This document shows, piece after piece, positions 18,859 to 26,909 of a stretch of DNA of 64,000 nucleotides. Each line of letters starts with the position of its first letter. Position 1 is the stretch's first letter. Source of the stretch: a virus; the IMG/VR virus record IMGVR_UViG_3300017814_000184. The stretch is one strand, 5' to 3'. The notes below the pieces were generated by a model. It did not search any database, was not told the origin of the DNA, and saw only the letters and a list, made by a program, of their open reading frames with translations. Position numbers and translations under genes: made by a program.

Positions 18859-19315
18859 TTTCATCGTCTTCCTGCTCTTGAGCGATGGTGTCTTCCAGAG
18901 CCTTTTCAAGAATCGCCGTATCAAAGCCGAAGCGTAGGTAGGCGTCCTCGACGGTCTTGTAGTATTCGTACACAGGTTCTCCGAACGGTCGATTCTCGTG
19001 CATAACATAAACCATCGCATGGCAGGGTTTGCCGTTGAGTTGGACCGTCACCGATTTCTTGTAGTAGAAATTGGGAAAGCCCTCGTAGCGGTCAAGGCGT
19101 TCCTCGTCACGGGGCGTTATCGCCCAAACAAGAATGGGAACCTTGTAGCCCTCCGCCCGTTCCACCGTTGCGTATGCTCCCGACAGAGAGCCTTTGAAGA
19201 GAAGCCGCCAGCCGTCCAGTACGGACACGCCAAGCAGTTCAGCCTTCGGGCAGCGCCATTCCATCTGGTCGACGTCCATGTTGCTTCCGTAGGCTATGTA
19301 GAATTTCTTTTCCAT
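18845..19315 (-). CDS. Gamma-glutamylcyclotransferase (AIG2-like)
   Basis: YIAYGSNM..QM..RCP and LDRYEGFP motifs. Confidence 0.9.
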   Translation of the reverse strand: MEKKFYIAYGSNMDVDQMEWRCPKAELLGVSVLDGWRLLFKGSLSGAYATVERAEGYKVPILVWAITPRDEERLDRYEGFPNFYYKKSVTVQLNGKPCHAMVYVMHENRPFGEPVYEYYKTVEDAYLRFGFDTAILEKALEDTIAQEQEDDENDDK

Positions 19316-19403
19316 GATATATTCATCCTTTCCGAAGGGTGAAAGCCCCTTCTACCACCTCAAGACCGCCGAAGCGGTCGGAGGGGGCCTGTGGCTATGT
19401 TCT

Positions 19404-20297
19404 TCAAGCGGCGGCGTGTCGCCACGCGCTGTTTCCGTCGAGGTTCTTGAGGAAGTGGAGGCGGCAGGTCTTGAACTCGTCGCCAATAAGTCCCAGTCGG
19501 AGCATCCAGCATCGGAATGCGTATTTCTCGTTGTCGGTGACCGTCTTTCTGCAGCTCGCCTTGCTCTGCGTGAGAGCCTGCTGTGTAACAGCAAGGCAAA
19601 ACTGTATGTAGGCTTTAATCTCACCTGCGTGGGTCGTGCCGTTGAAAAGGCGGAACTCGACCGTCCCTTTCGTAAAGGTGGCATGGAGGTTCAAGCCGTG
19701 GTATCTGGTGTGGTTGTAATGCCGCTCTCTGCCGTTGGGGTCTTCGGCGTACCAAATGTCCGCAAGCTCGCTCATGGTCTTGGGCTTTTTGCGGTTGATG
19801 GTTTCAAGAAGCTGGGCGTTCGTCTTTTTGCAGTAGCCCATCCTCGCAGGGTCGATTTGGAGGGCGCGGTAAAGGATGTCCTCCTTGCTTGCGATGATGT
19901 TCACGATGTTGCGGAGGGTCTGCGGTGTGAACCGTTCCGCACCGACGTGAATATGAATCCCGCAGGAGCTGTTTGCGAAGGCTCCGTTGTGCCGAAGCTG
20001 TCTGACAATTTCCTGCAGGTCTTCGATGTCGTCGTACTGAAGGATGGGGCTGACCACCTCGCATTTGTAATCGTCGCCCGCTGCGACCGTTCTGCCGTTC
20101 TGCTTCTTTTCGGCACGAAGGCTGGAGTCGCTCATGGCCTTCCAGGTTCTGCCCTTGCGGTCGGTGGCGGTGTAGGCGCTGTACCCCAGCCCTGCGTATT
20201 CGTAGGAAGTTCCAAAGTAGGCGGCGATGGTCTTGGCTGCGTCCTCGCGGGTGATGCCCGTAAGCTCAATCTCGATTCCAAAGTTCTGAGTTTTCAT
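19404..20297 (-). CDS. Putative amidoligase (COOH-NH2 ligase type 2)
   Basis: FGIEIE, DSSL, CEVVSPIL, SCGIHIHV, RYHGLN, TVEFRLFNGT. Confidence 0.88.
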   Translation of the reverse strand: MKTQNFGIEIELTGITREDAAKTIAAYFGTSYEYAGLGYSAYTATDRKGRTWKAMSDSSLRAEKKQNGRTVAAGDDYKCEVVSPILQYDDIEDLQEIVRQLRHNGAFANSSCGIHIHVGAERFTPQTLRNIVNIIASKEDILYRALQIDPARMGYCKKTNAQLLETINRKKPKTMSELADIWYAEDPNGRERHYNHTRYHGLNLHATFTKGTVEFRLFNGTTHAGEIKAYIQFCLAVTQQALTQSKASCRKTVTDNEKYAFRCWMLRLGLIGDEFKTCRLHFLKNLDGNSAWRHAAA

Positions 20298-20331
20298 TGC
20301 GTTTTCATCCTTTCTCCGTCGAGGCTCTGTG

Positions 20332-20407
20332 CCTTTCGGTACTGTATATATCACTCTAAAAGCACATAATAGCCAGTCTTTTATGCGATATATATCAGAC
20401 AAATATT
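20332..20407 (-). promoter_or_regulatory. Promoter/leader repeat, copy D (amidoligase)
   Basis: TTTTAGAGTGATATATACAGTACCGAAAGG core. Confidence 0.68.
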
Positions 20408-20426
20408 AGGATGAAAACTGTGTACA

Positions 20427-21236
20427 TTATTCCTCGTCGGCGCCCTCCGAAGCCTGGGCGAGAGCCGCTTTTCGTGCGGCGAGCCGTGCCTTGTGTTTCT
20501 CGGCGTCGGCGGGGGTGCGGAATGCTGTGTGTCCGTTCAACCCTTCCAAAAGAGCCTTGCGAGATTCTTTGCCGCCCATGCCCGTCAAGCCGATACGAAG
20601 CAGCCATGAGCGGAGATAGTATTTCTCGTTTTCGGGTCTCTGTTCATTGGGGCTGACCCTGGACGCTTCTTTGGCGTGGGCGACCATGAAGGCCGACAGC
20701 TCGGCGTAGGCGCGGTTTTTGGCGGGGTTTTCCGACAAGGGGTAAGTGAACGTGACCTTGCCGTCGTCGAAGCACAAGCCCTTCATTTCGCCCGTGTCGG
20801 CGGAGAGCGCGGCGTAGAACGATTCCACGCTTGGGATCGCTTCGTCGGTCAGCGCGGAGATAAGGCTGTCGCTGACGGCAAAGGTCTCGGCGCGTGTGAC
20901 GCGGTTGAGCAGGTACGACTTGCTTTTCAGCATGAAGACCAGGTTGCGAAGCATCGTGCCGTCCATACCGTCAATGGGTACAGAAATTTCAAGGTTCTCA
21001 GGTTCTTCTGGGATGTGGTCGATGAAGCCGCGTTCGGCAAGCCCCTCGATGAGCTGCTCGATCTCTTCGCTATCGGCGCGGTCGTCAAAGGTAATACTGC
21101 TGTCGCGTTCAATGGTGAAGTAGTCCACGGTGTAGTTGAAGGTGGGCGGCCCGGCGTATTTTGCTTCCGCTCCTGTGATCTCTGCAATGGCCTTTACCAG
21201 GGCCTTACGGTCGCTGGCGTTTGTTTTGATTTCCAT
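20427..21236 (-). CDS. Hypothetical phage protein with an amidoligase-like C-terminal domain
   Basis: C-terminus NEKYYLRSWLLRIGL..LNGHTAFR parallels the amidoligase NEKYAFRCWMLRLGL..LDGNSAWR. Confidence 0.8.
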   Translation of the reverse strand: MEIKTNASDRKALVKAIAEITGAEAKYAGPPTFNYTVDYFTIERDSSITFDDRADSEEIEQLIEGLAERGFIDHIPEEPENLEISVPIDGMDGTMLRNLVFMLKSKSYLLNRVTRAETFAVSDSLISALTDEAIPSVESFYAALSADTGEMKGLCFDDGKVTFTYPLSENPAKNRAYAELSAFMVAHAKEASRVSPNEQRPENEKYYLRSWLLRIGLTGMGGKESRKALLEGLNGHTAFRTPADAEKHKARLAARKAALAQASEGADEE

Positions 21237-21255
21237 TTTTCATACCGCCTTTCTT

Positions 21256-21297
21256 TTTCGGTACTGTATACATCACTCTGAAAGGGGTATAAGTCAA
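21256..21297 (-). promoter_or_regulatory. Promoter motif, copy C
   Basis: CTTGACTTATACCCCTTTCAGAGTGATGTATACAGTACCGAAA; overlaps the C5-MTase stop. Confidence 0.7.
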
Positions 21298-22637
21298 GTC
21301 ATTTCAGCGATCTTGCAGCCGATATAATAGACAACATTCACGGTCACGCCATTGCCGGCCTGCTTGTAAAGCTGCGCGTCAGAATTGACCGCGGCCGCCT
21401 TTTCAAAGAGGTCGTCGCTGAAGCCTTGAAGCCTGAAACACTCCTTCGGGGTAAGCCGTCTGATGCGGACGCGTTTGCCGCACCACACAGCCACTCCGAC
21501 CGCGCCAGAACAGGAAAGAGCGTGGGCGAAACCCTGCCCGACCCGTGCGCGGCGAGTGTCGGAAGCGGGATAAGCAAAATCCACGGAGTCGCCCGGTCGC
21601 GCTGTCTGATATCCTTGCTTGGTGGCGTTCCGCAGCTTGACTCCGGCCGTAGTGTGTTTTTGCGAGTCTGATTCTTCCTTAACAGGACTGTCTTTATCCT
21701 CTGTCAGCTCAAGCATGACGCCGTGCCTATCCTGACTCGTGAGGGTAAACATCGGCTCGTCCGAGCCTTTCATTCTCCGTCCGTTCTGCCGCTTTTCAAG
21801 GCGGTCGGGAGTCAGCACCGGGTAGGCGGCGCCGACCTCAAGAACGGCGCTGTTCATCGCCGTGCGCTTCGTGGCCCCGGAGGTGTATCGGGCTGTGATA
21901 CATCGGGCCTCCTCGGTCAGCTTGGGAGCAGTTAACGACTGGTCGATAAGGTAAAGACCCGTCTTTGCGCCCATACCCCCGGCTTCGCTTGCCAGGGTGG
22001 ACGAAACGCCGGAGGGGTCGTAGACCCGGTAACCCTGCATCCCGCCTATAATCTGCTTAAGATTTCCACAGCTCGCTGCGCCGATAGGTAGTATTTTTCG
22101 TCCGCCTCCGGCTCTAAGACGTCCAACAGTGTACACTCGCTCTCGGTTTTGAGGGACTCCGTAGTCTTTGGAGTTGAAAATCTGCCACTCGCAATCGTAC
22201 CCAGCTTCGGCCAGTTCACCGAGATATTCAAGGAAGTCCCATCCGGCATTGCTCGAAAGAAGTCCCTTAACATTTTCAAGGATAATCCATTGGGGCTTAT
22301 CCGCTTCCGCTTTCCCTTTGAGGAGGTCAACGAATTGAAAAAACAGTCCGCTTCGGTCACCGTGTAATCCGGATCGTCCCCCTGCAATAGAGACATTTTG
22401 ACAAGGACTTCCCGCAGTCCATATATCTGCTTGAGGAACGTCGTCTGCTCCGAGCTTGGAAATGTCCTCTCCATACCATTCTCCCTCCGTATCGTACATA
22501 GCACGGTAAGACCGTACCGCAAATTTATCCTTCTCGCAGAATCCGACGCACTTGAGTCCGGCAAGCTCAAGGCCGTGCCGGAAGCCGCCGATCCCCGAAA
22601 AGAAATCTATAAATGTAAGCTGCTTGTTATCAGACAT
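21294..22637 (-). CDS. DNA (cytosine-5) methyltransferase (alpha chain)
   Basis: Motifs FFSGIGG, GSPCQ, ENVKG, PQNRER, RRLTPKECFRLQGF, QAGNGV. Confidence 0.95.
   Translation of the reverse strand: MSDNKQLTFIDFFSGIGGFRHGLELAGLKCVGFCEKDKFAVRSYRAMYDTEGEWYGEDISKLGADDVPQADIWTAGSPCQNVSIAGGRSGLHGDRSGLFFQFVDLLKGKAEADKPQWIILENVKGLLSSNAGWDFLEYLGELAEAGYDCEWQIFNSKDYGVPQNRERVYTVGRLRAGGGRKILPIGAASCGNLKQIIGGMQGYRVYDPSGVSSTLASEAGGMGAKTGLYLIDQSLTAPKLTEEARCITARYTSGATKRTAMNSAVLEVGAAYPVLTPDRLEKRQNGRRMKGSDEPMFTLTSQDRHGVMLELTEDKDSPVKEESDSQKHTTAGVKLRNATKQGYQTARPGDSVDFAYPASDTRRARVGQGFAHALSCSGAVGVAVWCGKRVRIRRLTPKECFRLQGFSDDLFEKAAAVNSDAQLYKQAGNGVTVNVVYYIGCKIAEMT
22046..22474 (-). CDS. Nested +1-frame gene, putative beta subunit of the C5-methyltransferase (M.EcoHK31I beta-like)
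   Basis: 142 codons open in the +1 frame; GGAGG 9 nt before ATG 22474; ends WPKLGTIASG..ECTLLDVLEPEADEKYYLS..ILSRL. Confidence 0.72.
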   Translation of the reverse strand: MERTFPSSEQTTFLKQIYGLREVLVKMSLLQGDDPDYTVTEADCFFNSLTSSKGKRKRISPNGLSLKMLRDFFRAMPDGTSLNISVNWPKLGTIASGRFSTPKTTESLKTESECTLLDVLEPEADEKYYLSAQRAVEILSRL

Positions 22638-22658
22638 AGCTGTCCGCTCCTTCCAAAT

Positions 22659-22685
22659 GAAAAAGGCACGGGACAGCCCATGCCT
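22659..22685 (-). terminator. Putative terminator between the two methyltransferase genes
   Basis: AGGCA-GGG/CCC-TGCCT stem followed by T5 on minus strand. Confidence 0.5.
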
Positions 22686-23952
22686 AAAATAGTGGTATTT
22701 CGTCCTCGTCGCTCTTCGGCTTCGGGACCTGTGCGAACGGCGTCTTAACCCCATCGCGCACGAGGAACACTCCGTCCGAACCGCCGACCGCTTCAATGTA
22801 GCGGTTCACGATAACGTCGGCAAACTTCTCGTCAAGCTCTATGCCGTAGCAAATCCGCCCGGTCTGTTCACACGCCATCAGCGTAGAGCCGGAACCGAGG
22901 AAGGGGTCGAGAACGACACAGCCCCTCATGGATGAGTTCTGTATCGGATATGCGAGAAGTGCAACGGGCTTCATGGTCGGATGCTCCTTCGAGGACTTCG
23001 GGCGGTCGTATTCCCAGATAGTCGTTTGCTTGCGGTCGCTGTACCAGACGTGCTTCCCACACTTCTTCCAACCGAAGAGGCAGGGCTCATGCTGCCATTG
23101 ATACGGCGAGCGGCCCAGGACGAGTGCGTTCTTTTTCCAAATGCAGCACCCGGAGAGGTAGAACCCTGCATCGGCAAAAGCTCTGCGGAACGTCAAACCC
23201 TGGGTGTCGGCGTGGAACACATAGATGGAAGCGTCGCTCTCCATGTTCTGCTCCATATTAACGAAAGCGGCGAACAGGAACTTATAGAAGTCCGCGTCCG
23301 CCATGTTGTCGTTCTTGATTTTACCCGCCGTCTCCTCAACATTCACGTTGTAGGGCGGGTCGGTCACCACAATGTTGGCCTTTATGCCGTCCATGAGAGC
23401 AGTAAAGGTTTCCGGCAGCGTGGAGTCGCCGCAGATGAGTCGGTGCTTGCCGAGTAGCCACAGATCGCCGGACTTCGAGACGGTCGGTTTCTTCAGCGCC
23501 TCGTCCACGTCGAAGTCGTCTTCCTTGACCTCTTTGTCATGTACTTTTGAAAAGAGTTGCTCGACCTCCGGGGCCTCAAAACCAGTGAGATCAATATTGA
23601 AATCTACATTCTGCAGGTCAACAAGCAGATCGGCCAGGAGCTGTTCATTCCAGGCGCCCGTGATTTTATTGAGCGCGATGTTGAGCGCCTTGACCTTGTT
23701 TTCGTCCTCAATATGCAGAACGACGCATTGCGCCTCGGCGTATCCGAGGTCGCGCAGAACCGTCAAACGCTGGTGGCCGCCGATGACCGTCATATCGTAG
23801 TTGACGATGATAGGCTCGACGTACCCAAACTCCAATATGGAGTTTTTGATTTTCTCGTATTCCTTGTCGCCGGACTTCAGCTTCTTGCGCGGGTTGTAAG
23901 CCGCTGGGCGAAGAGAGTCCAAAGAAAGGGTTTCCCATTGCATATCATTCAT
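22684..23952 (-). CDS. ParB-N-domain DNA amino-methyltransferase (N6-A/N4-C, beta class)
   Basis: AAYNPRK..GGHQR ParB domain; TDPPYN; HPTMKP; LDPFLGSGST. Confidence 0.93.
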   Translation of the reverse strand: MNDMQWETLSLDSLRPAAYNPRKKLKSGDKEYEKIKNSILEFGYVEPIIVNYDMTVIGGHQRLTVLRDLGYAEAQCVVLHIEDENKVKALNIALNKITGAWNEQLLADLLVDLQNVDFNIDLTGFEAPEVEQLFSKVHDKEVKEDDFDVDEALKKPTVSKSGDLWLLGKHRLICGDSTLPETFTALMDGIKANIVVTDPPYNVNVEETAGKIKNDNMADADFYKFLFAAFVNMEQNMESDASIYVFHADTQGLTFRRAFADAGFYLSGCCIWKKNALVLGRSPYQWQHEPCLFGWKKCGKHVWYSDRKQTTIWEYDRPKSSKEHPTMKPVALLAYPIQNSSMRGCVVLDPFLGSGSTLMACEQTGRICYGIELDEKFADVIVNRYIEAVGGSDGVFLVRDGVKTPFAQVPKPKSDEDEIPLF

Positions 23953-24430
23953 GGGCGGCTTCCTCCATTTTCTGCGTGTCCGAAACGTATGGCTCGCGGC
24001 CTTCCTCCGCTCTCCAGAAGCGGTCGCGCACATAACATTCGTGACTGCAGTATTTTCGTGTTTTGTTTCCGTAGGATTGATAGACCTTGCCGCAATAGGC
24101 ACAGGTGAGTTCGTACATCGCCGACTCATTTTTCTGAAGAGCGCCGGGGTGCGCGCCCCACCATTGCCGTCTGCATTTGTCCGAGCAGAACTTCCGTTTG
24201 CGCCCGGTGACGGGCTGCTTCACAGGCTTTCCGCAGCACAGGCAAACAGCGCCTTGCTGCATCTGCTCTTTCATATTGGCGGTCAGCTCTACGCCAAATC
24301 CGTCGAGCGCGTGGGTCTTGCAGTAGTTGCGGACGATGTCGCGGGATAATCCCGTGACCGAGGCGATGGCACGATAGCCCACGCCTTTCATCCTGAACTC
24401 CCGAATCTGTCGGGTCTGGTAGTCGTTCAT
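23945..24430 (-). CDS. HTH plus zinc-finger protein
   Basis: GYRAIASVTGLSRDIVRNYC helix-turn-helix; CLCC..FCSDKC and CAYC..YCSHEC. Confidence 0.8.
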   Translation of the reverse strand: MNDYQTRQIREFRMKGVGYRAIASVTGLSRDIVRNYCKTHALDGFGVELTANMKEQMQQGAVCLCCGKPVKQPVTGRKRKFCSDKCRRQWWGAHPGALQKNESAMYELTCAYCGKVYQSYGNKTRKYCSHECYVRDRFWRAEEGREPYVSDTQKMEEAAHE

Positions 24431-24589
24431 CGCTTCACATCCTTTCGCATAAAAAATGGGTGAAACTCACACAAAAACCGTGTGAACTTCAGCCCTTAAT
24501 CGTAACCTCGCGGCGAAAGGCGGCTTTCAAGACGGGGTCGGGTTGCGCCGTCAAGTACCGCAGTTTCGCCAGTTTTTATCCCTTTTGCC

Positions 24590-24714
24590 CGTGGCGCGGC
24601 GGTTTAGAGGGTATCCCCCCTAACTAATTCCGCGAAAATTTGCGTTTGACCCCGCCCCGGTCTTCTTCTTGAAAAGACGCAGAGATTTGACCGCCCCCAG
24701 GGCCCTCGGCCCCG
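24590..24714 (-). other. Candidate cos/packaging-origin region
   Basis: Non-coding, directly after HNH; G-run blocks GGGGGCGGTCAAATCTCT..GGGGCGGGGTCAAACGCAAATTTTCGCGGAATT..GGGGGATACCCC as seen next to HNH-cos phage ends (inference). Confidence 0.5.
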
Positions 24715-25074
24715 TCAGTATTTGAAGTCCTGATATCTGTCCTCGGTCATGGTCTTGGTGTCGTGACAGGATTTACACAGAGGCTGCCAGTTTCCTTCAT
24801 CCCAAAAGAGATGCGGGTCGCCGCGATGAGGAACGATGTGGTCGACCACTGTGGCGGGGACGAGCTTGCCCTCCGACTGACACTTCACGCAGAGCGGGTG
24901 CGTTTTGAGGAACGCTCCGCGAGCTTTCTGCCAGCGTCTTCCGTAACCTTTCTCTTTTGTTGACTTCACATCGTGCCGATGGACTGGGGTGTGGTCATCG
25001 CAGTAGTCCCGCCCATAAGGCACGAGCTTCCCACAGCCCGGATGTTTGCACGGCGTGTTCGGTCGGCGCGGCAC
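24715..25074 (-). CDS. HNH endonuclease (terminase-associated)
   Basis: CKHPGC; CVKC..VVDHIVPH..NWQPLCKSCHDTKT; GTG start. Confidence 0.92.
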   Translation of the reverse strand: MPRRPNTPCKHPGCGKLVPYGRDYCDDHTPVHRHDVKSTKEKGYGRRWQKARGAFLKTHPLCVKCQSEGKLVPATVVDHIVPHRGDPHLFWDEGNWQPLCKSCHDTKTMTEDRYQDFKY

Positions 25075-25076
25075 GG

Positions 25077-26123
25077 TTACTGCTCCCAAGGGAATGCGGG
25101 GTCGCCGAAGTGACCGTAAGCCGACACCAGGTTGAAGTCGAAGTCCCGGAGACCAAGCGCATCAATGATGCCCTGCGGAGAAAGGTCGTAGTTGTTGTAA
25201 ACGAAAGCATAGATTCTTTCCATCGGCACACGCTCGCCGCCGAAACATTCAATGTAGACGGCGACGGGTTCGGGAACGCCGATAGCGTAGGCAAGCTGAA
25301 CTTCACAGCAGTCAGCCCAGCCTTGGACGACTACGTCACGGGCGATCTTTCTTGCTGCGTAGGAGGCGCTTCGATCGACCTTCGTGGGGTCTTTGCCGGA
25401 GAAAGCCCCTCCGCCGTGGCGGCACATACCGCCGTAGGTATCGGCGATAATTTTTCGCCCAGTCAACCCGCTATCGGCAAAAGAAGAACCGACAACAAAA
25501 CGGCCGGTAGGATTAACAAGGCGAACGAAGTCAACGGGCAGACCGTAGTCGAGCGCCGCCGTTTCCATGACGGCTTCCACAACGGGTCGAATGTCCTCGA
25601 CCGTCGCCTCCTCAATGTGCTGTGTGCTGATAAGAAATGTGGCGATGCGGTTGTTATCGTAATCGTAGGACACCTGGCATTTAGCGTCGGGAAGGAGAAG
25701 CGGACTGTTCAGCTCACGCAGCAGCTTCAAAGCGTGGGTCGCCACGGCAAACGGCAACGGCATCAGCTCCGGCGTTTCGCTCGTGGCATAGCCGAACATC
25801 ATGCCCTGATCTCCGGCGCCGTTGACGTCCACGCCCTGTGCGATGTCCGCGCTCTGCTGGCTGACAAGGACGGTCACTCTGTACCTGTCCACGTTCGGTA
25901 AACCGATGCGTGAAAGAACGCCGCGCACGATTTCAATATAGTCCGGCTCATGGGCGGAGGTGATCTCGCCGGCCACAATAACGTCGTAGTCCTTGATAAG
26001 GCACTCGGCTGCAACACGGCTGTAACGGTCGTGCTGAAGGCAGTCGGTTAAAATGGCGTCCGAAATTTGATCGCAGATTTTGTCGGGGTGTCCGCACGAC
26101 ACCTGTTCGCTGGTAAAAATCAT
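25077..26123 (-). CDS. metK: S-adenosylmethionine synthetase (phage-borne, divergent)
   Basis: GHPDK, GAGDQG, NPTGRF, GLTGRKII.DTYGG, GGGAFSGKDPTKVDRS, YGHFG. Confidence 0.95.
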   Translation of the reverse strand: MIFTSEQVSCGHPDKICDQISDAILTDCLQHDRYSRVAAECLIKDYDVIVAGEITSAHEPDYIEIVRGVLSRIGLPNVDRYRVTVLVSQQSADIAQGVDVNGAGDQGMMFGYATSETPELMPLPFAVATHALKLLRELNSPLLLPDAKCQVSYDYDNNRIATFLISTQHIEEATVEDIRPVVEAVMETAALDYGLPVDFVRLVNPTGRFVVGSSFADSGLTGRKIIADTYGGMCRHGGGAFSGKDPTKVDRSASYAARKIARDVVVQGWADCCEVQLAYAIGVPEPVAVYIECFGGERVPMERIYAFVYNNYDLSPQGIIDALGLRDFDFNLVSAYGHFGDPAFPWEQ

Positions 26124-26183
26124 AATTGACAGCTCCTTTCTATGTACGGGAGCGGGAAAGGATGAAAGCCGCTCCCGACCACG

Positions 26184-26215
26184 AAAAAAGGACTTGAGGT
26201 CGAAACCCCAAGCCC
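26184..26215 (-). terminator. Terminator-like hairpin in the metK/late-operon leader
   Basis: GGGCTTGGGGT-TTCG-ACCTCAAGTCC followed by T6, about 20 nt downstream of a TATAAT (26238-26233). Confidence 0.65.
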
Positions 26216-26447
26216 TTTATGCTTTCCTGGCAATTATAAGTATAGCGCAGGTCAAATAAAAAAACAGCTAACCAACAGGACACCTTTGGATAACCAAATT
26301 GGCAAAACCATAACCCCAGGCGAGGACAACGCGCCATAATATAGTTCTGTTAGACCAATATGTAGTTCCGCTGATTTCTGTATGTTCGCTTCTCTCATGC
26401 ATATAATTATTTTAGAACTATTATTCGTTCCAGAGGGAGGTGTAGGA

Positions 26448-26768
26448 ATGGACTTGAACGCTGTCGGCGCACGGATTAAGGCTGCAAGAGAAGCGAAGGG
26501 ATTAACGCAGGAGAAACTGGCGGAGATTATTGGAAAGAGTACGACTCATATTAGCGTTATCGAGCGTGGATGTAAGGCCCCGAAACTGGAAACCTTTGTT
26601 CAGATTGCAAACGCGCTCGACGTTTCAGCCGATTCACTTCTCCTTGATGTGGTAGACCACTCCAATCAAAGCATTGCATCCGAGTTGTCCGCCATGATTG
26701 AAAAGCGGCCCAAAAAGGAACAGCAGCGAATAATGAATGCTGTAAGGGCTTTATTAACAGAAGAATAG
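26448..26768 (+). CDS. XRE-family HTH regulator
   Basis: GARIKAAREAKGLTQEKLAE..ISVIERG; GGAGG RBS. Confidence 0.92.
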   Translation: MDLNAVGARIKAAREAKGLTQEKLAEIIGKSTTHISVIERGCKAPKLETFVQIANALDVSADSLLLDVVDHSNQSIASELSAMIEKRPKKEQQRIMNAVRALLTEE

Positions 26769-26782
26769 ACCGCATTCCGCAA

Positions 26783-26809
26783 GAAGGGCCGAAAGGCTCT
26801 TCTTTTTTT
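26783..26809 (+). terminator. Intrinsic terminator after the XRE gene
   Basis: GAAGGGCC-GAAA-GGCTCTTC followed by T7. Confidence 0.75.
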
Positions 26810-26814
26810 GCCCT

Positions 26815-26887
26815 CTCGACAAAGGTTGCCACCATTCGACAAAATCCTCACGGTATAGTAATTCTAATAGAACTATAAGAAGTTCTA
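26815..26887 (+). promoter_or_regulatory. 0A-box-like array and palindromic operator upstream of the Spo0A_C-like gene
   Basis: CTCGACA 26815, GTTGCCA 26825, TTCGACA 26835 (10 bp phasing); TAGAACT-N6-AGTTCTA 26868-26887. Confidence 0.55.
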
Positions 26888-26909
26888 AAAGAATAAAAAG
26901 GGTTTTGCA

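Noticed and set aside
22868-23177. Short alternative-frame ORFs inside the ParB-methyltransferase
   Set aside because: Under 70 aa, Ser/Arg-rich, with no RBS or protein-like motif, unlike the nested ORF in the C5-MTase
26124-26340. Known-class SAM riboswitch upstream of metK
   Set aside because: I could not find the SAM-I (AUC..AGA..GAU) or SMK-box core by eye; only generic hairpins are present. An Rfam scan would settle it
26868-26887. LexA/SOS box
   Set aside because: The spacing is GAAC-N8-GTTC, not the Bacillota GAAC-N4-GTTC; no SOS box was seen at the dinB promoter either
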